Shown here piece after piece: positions 62,465 to 64,000 of a stretch of 64,000 nucleotides of DNA. The notes under the pieces are model-generated. The model saw only the letters and a program-made list of their open reading frames with translations, was not told the origin of the DNA and did no database searches. Within the stretch, counting starts at the first letter, position 1. Every line of letters begins with the position of its first letter. This stretch comes from Monocercomonoides exilis PA203 (taxonomy: Eukaryota; Protista; Preaxostyla): positions 806,001 to 870,000 of the forward strand of contig LSRY02000035.1 of assembly GCA_001643675.2 (NCBI GenBank), written 5' to 3'. The position numbers were made by a program, and so were the translations under genes.

Positions 62465-64000
62465 ATGTCTTCCGACGAATTGCTTGGTCCACAGGACCCT
62501 GTCGCAGTTGTAGGGCTTGGAGCTCGTTTGCCCGGAGGTGCTAATTCACCTGAACAGTTTTGGAAATTACTTCTTGAAGGATATGATGGAATTTCTGACA
62601 TACCTAAAGAACGTTGGGACGGAGCGTATTTTCATGACCCAGAAAATCTTGGACTCGTTGGTAAATCTATTCAAAATAAAGGTGGTTTTTTGAAAGGATA
62701 TAACATTGATGAAATTGACTTGAAATTCTTTTATCTTTCACCAAGAGAAGCAAAGACTCTTGATCCCAATCAGAGACTTTTGTTGGAGGTTACATATGAA
62801 ACATTTGAAAATGCTGGTGTTCCCTTGGAGCATATCAGCGGTAGCAGGACTGGAGTTTTTGTGGGTATCTCTGCAACAGATTATTCACATTTACAATTTC
62901 CAGACATCAACACAATCGATGTGCACACACAAACAGGCGTTTCCACTTCAATCAACGCAAATAGATTGTCATATTTTTACAATTTAATCGGTCCTTCATT
63001 CATTGTTGATACAGCTTGCTCATCAACACTTGTTGCATTAAACTGTGCTTGTCAATCAATGAGAACCAGAGAATGCGACTCAGCTTTGTGCGGAGCCGTT
63101 AACCTTATGATGTATCCAGAAATCTCAATTGGATTTTCAAAACTTGGAGTTCTCTCGCCTGACGGTCATTGCAAAGCATTTGATGCAAAAGCAAATGGAT
63201 ACGTGAGATCTGAAGGTTGCGGAATGGTTCTTTTGAAACGTCTTTCCGATGCAGAAAGGGATGGTAATCGTATCTATGCAGTTATCAGAGGAACTCATGT
63301 TGGCTCTGATGGGCATTATCAACAACAAATGACTTCTCCATCAGAACAACAACAAGCCGTTGTTTTGAGAGAAATTTTGAAGAAGTCATCAATTCAATCG
63401 GCAGATGTTGGATATGTTGAGTCACATGGAACAGGTACATTCGTTGGAGATCCTATTGAATGCCGTTCTGTAAGCTCAGTGTTGAATATCGGACGAAAGG
63501 ATGATGAACATATTTTAATTGGCTCCGTGAAATCAAATGTGGGCCATTTAGAGCCTGCAGCTGGTATTGTATCAATTATTAAAGTTTCAATGTGCCTTAA
63601 GGAGAAGATGATTCCAGCAACAATCAGCGTAAAAAAACCAAATCCAAATATCGACATGCAGAAACTGAACTTGAAGATCGTAACATCACATATGAAATAT
63701 CCAGAAGGCAGAAACGGAATGCCAAGAACTGCAGTTATTTCCGCTTTTGGCTTTGGAGGAACAAACGGAGGATGCGTGATGCAGGAATACACCGGAAATA
63801 AAGGCTTGAAGGATGTTCCAAGCGGACTTAAGGAAATTGAAAGAGAAGAACTGTTTATTCTTTCAGCCCGATCTGTCGATGCTTTGAAAGGATACGCCAA
63901 AAAATTGGCAGAATTCATGTCTTCACATTCTTGCCCACCCATCCAGCACATCGCATACACACTTGGCTGCCACAGAACACAACACAAGCAATGCAGACTC
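62465..64000 (+). CDS. Type I polyketide synthase / type I fatty acid synthase, N-terminal part (complete ketosynthase + KS-AT linker); 3'-truncated by the window
   Basis: Uninterrupted 512-codon frame from ATG 62465 (alternative ATG 62447) to the window end: DPVAVVGLGARLPGG.NSPEQFWKLL, ERW, GGFL, SPREAKTLDPNQRLLLEV, TGVFVG, ANRLSYFYNLIGPS, DTACSS (Cys 63017-63019), DGHCKAFDAKANGYVRSEG, YVESHGTGT (His 63425-63427), IGSVKSNVGHLE (His 63545-63547), FGFGGTN, LFILSARSVDAL, IAYTL. Confidence 0.97.
   Translation, partial: MSSDELLGPQDPVAVVGLGARLPGGANSPEQFWKLLLEGYDGISDIPKERWDGAYFHDPENLGLVGKSIQNKGGFLKGYNIDEIDLKFFYLSPREAKTLDPNQRLLLEVTYETFENAGVPLEHISGSRTGVFVGISATDYSHLQFPDINTIDVHTQTGVSTSINANRLSYFYNLIGPSFIVDTACSSTLVALNCACQSMRTRECDSALCGAVNLMMYPEISIGFSKLGVLSPDGHCKAFDAKANGYVRSEGCGMVLLKRLSDAERDGNRIYAVIRGTHVGSDGHYQQQMTSPSEQQQAVVLREILKKSSIQSADVGYVESHGTGTFVGDPIECRSVSSVLNIGRKDDEHILIGSVKSNVGHLEPAAGIVSIIKVSMCLKEKMIPATISVKKPNPNIDMQKLNLKIVTSHMKYPEGRNGMPRTAVISAFGFGGTNGGCVMQEYTGNKGLKDVPSGLKEIEREELFILSARSVDALKGYAKKLAEFMSSHSCPPIQHIAYTLGCHRTQHKQCRL

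Noticed and set aside
63394-63987. 197-aa minus-strand ORF and other short ORFs at 62341-63328
   Set aside because: Antisense or out-of-frame shadows of the plus-strand ketosynthase frame.
45997-64000. MFS transporter + flippase + PKS as a biosynthetic gene cluster
   Set aside because: The MFS and P4-ATPase look like ordinary housekeeping endomembrane genes, an unrelated gene intervenes, and no tailoring enzymes are visible. The downstream side of the PKS is outside the window, so this cannot be fully excluded.
62465-64000. Absence of introns as proof of bacterial origin or contamination of the PKS
   Set aside because: The clearly eukaryotic P4-ATPase is also intronless over 4.2 kb, and the PKS codon style and AT-rich upstream gap match the host. 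Only phylogeny can address origin.

Overview
AT-rich eukaryotic genomic DNA with short GT-AG spliceosomal introns, the standard genetic code (TAA/TAG act as stops) and pervasive poly-Ser/poly-Glu low-complexity coding. The style and gene families suggest an oxymonad such as Monocercomonoides (inference, not searched). Bases 1-21,500 form an accessory/decayed zone: a SPRY-like gene, relic ORFs, two convergent copies of one helical-protein family, a heavily decayed DIRS-type (RT-RNaseH-tyrosine recombinase) retrotransposon and a pogo/DDE transposase fragment. Bases 21.8-50.0 kb hold seven co-oriented minus-strand genes: a giant TRAPPC10/Trs130, a divergent CDK20/CCRK-like kinase, a small EVH1-like protein, a MAK/ICK kinase, a ~2,100-aa coiled-coil protein, a phosducin-like protein and an MFSD1-like transporter. 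A near-perfect 144-bp-arm inverted repeat lies in the strand-switch gap. Plus-strand genes follow: a P4-ATPase flippase, a low-complexity protein and, missed by the ORF track because it runs off the window end, the start of a type I polyketide/fatty-acid synthase with an intact ketosynthase (Cys-His-His) and KS-AT linker. The synthase is the most interesting item in the window. All family calls come from motif recognition by eye; no database searches were run.
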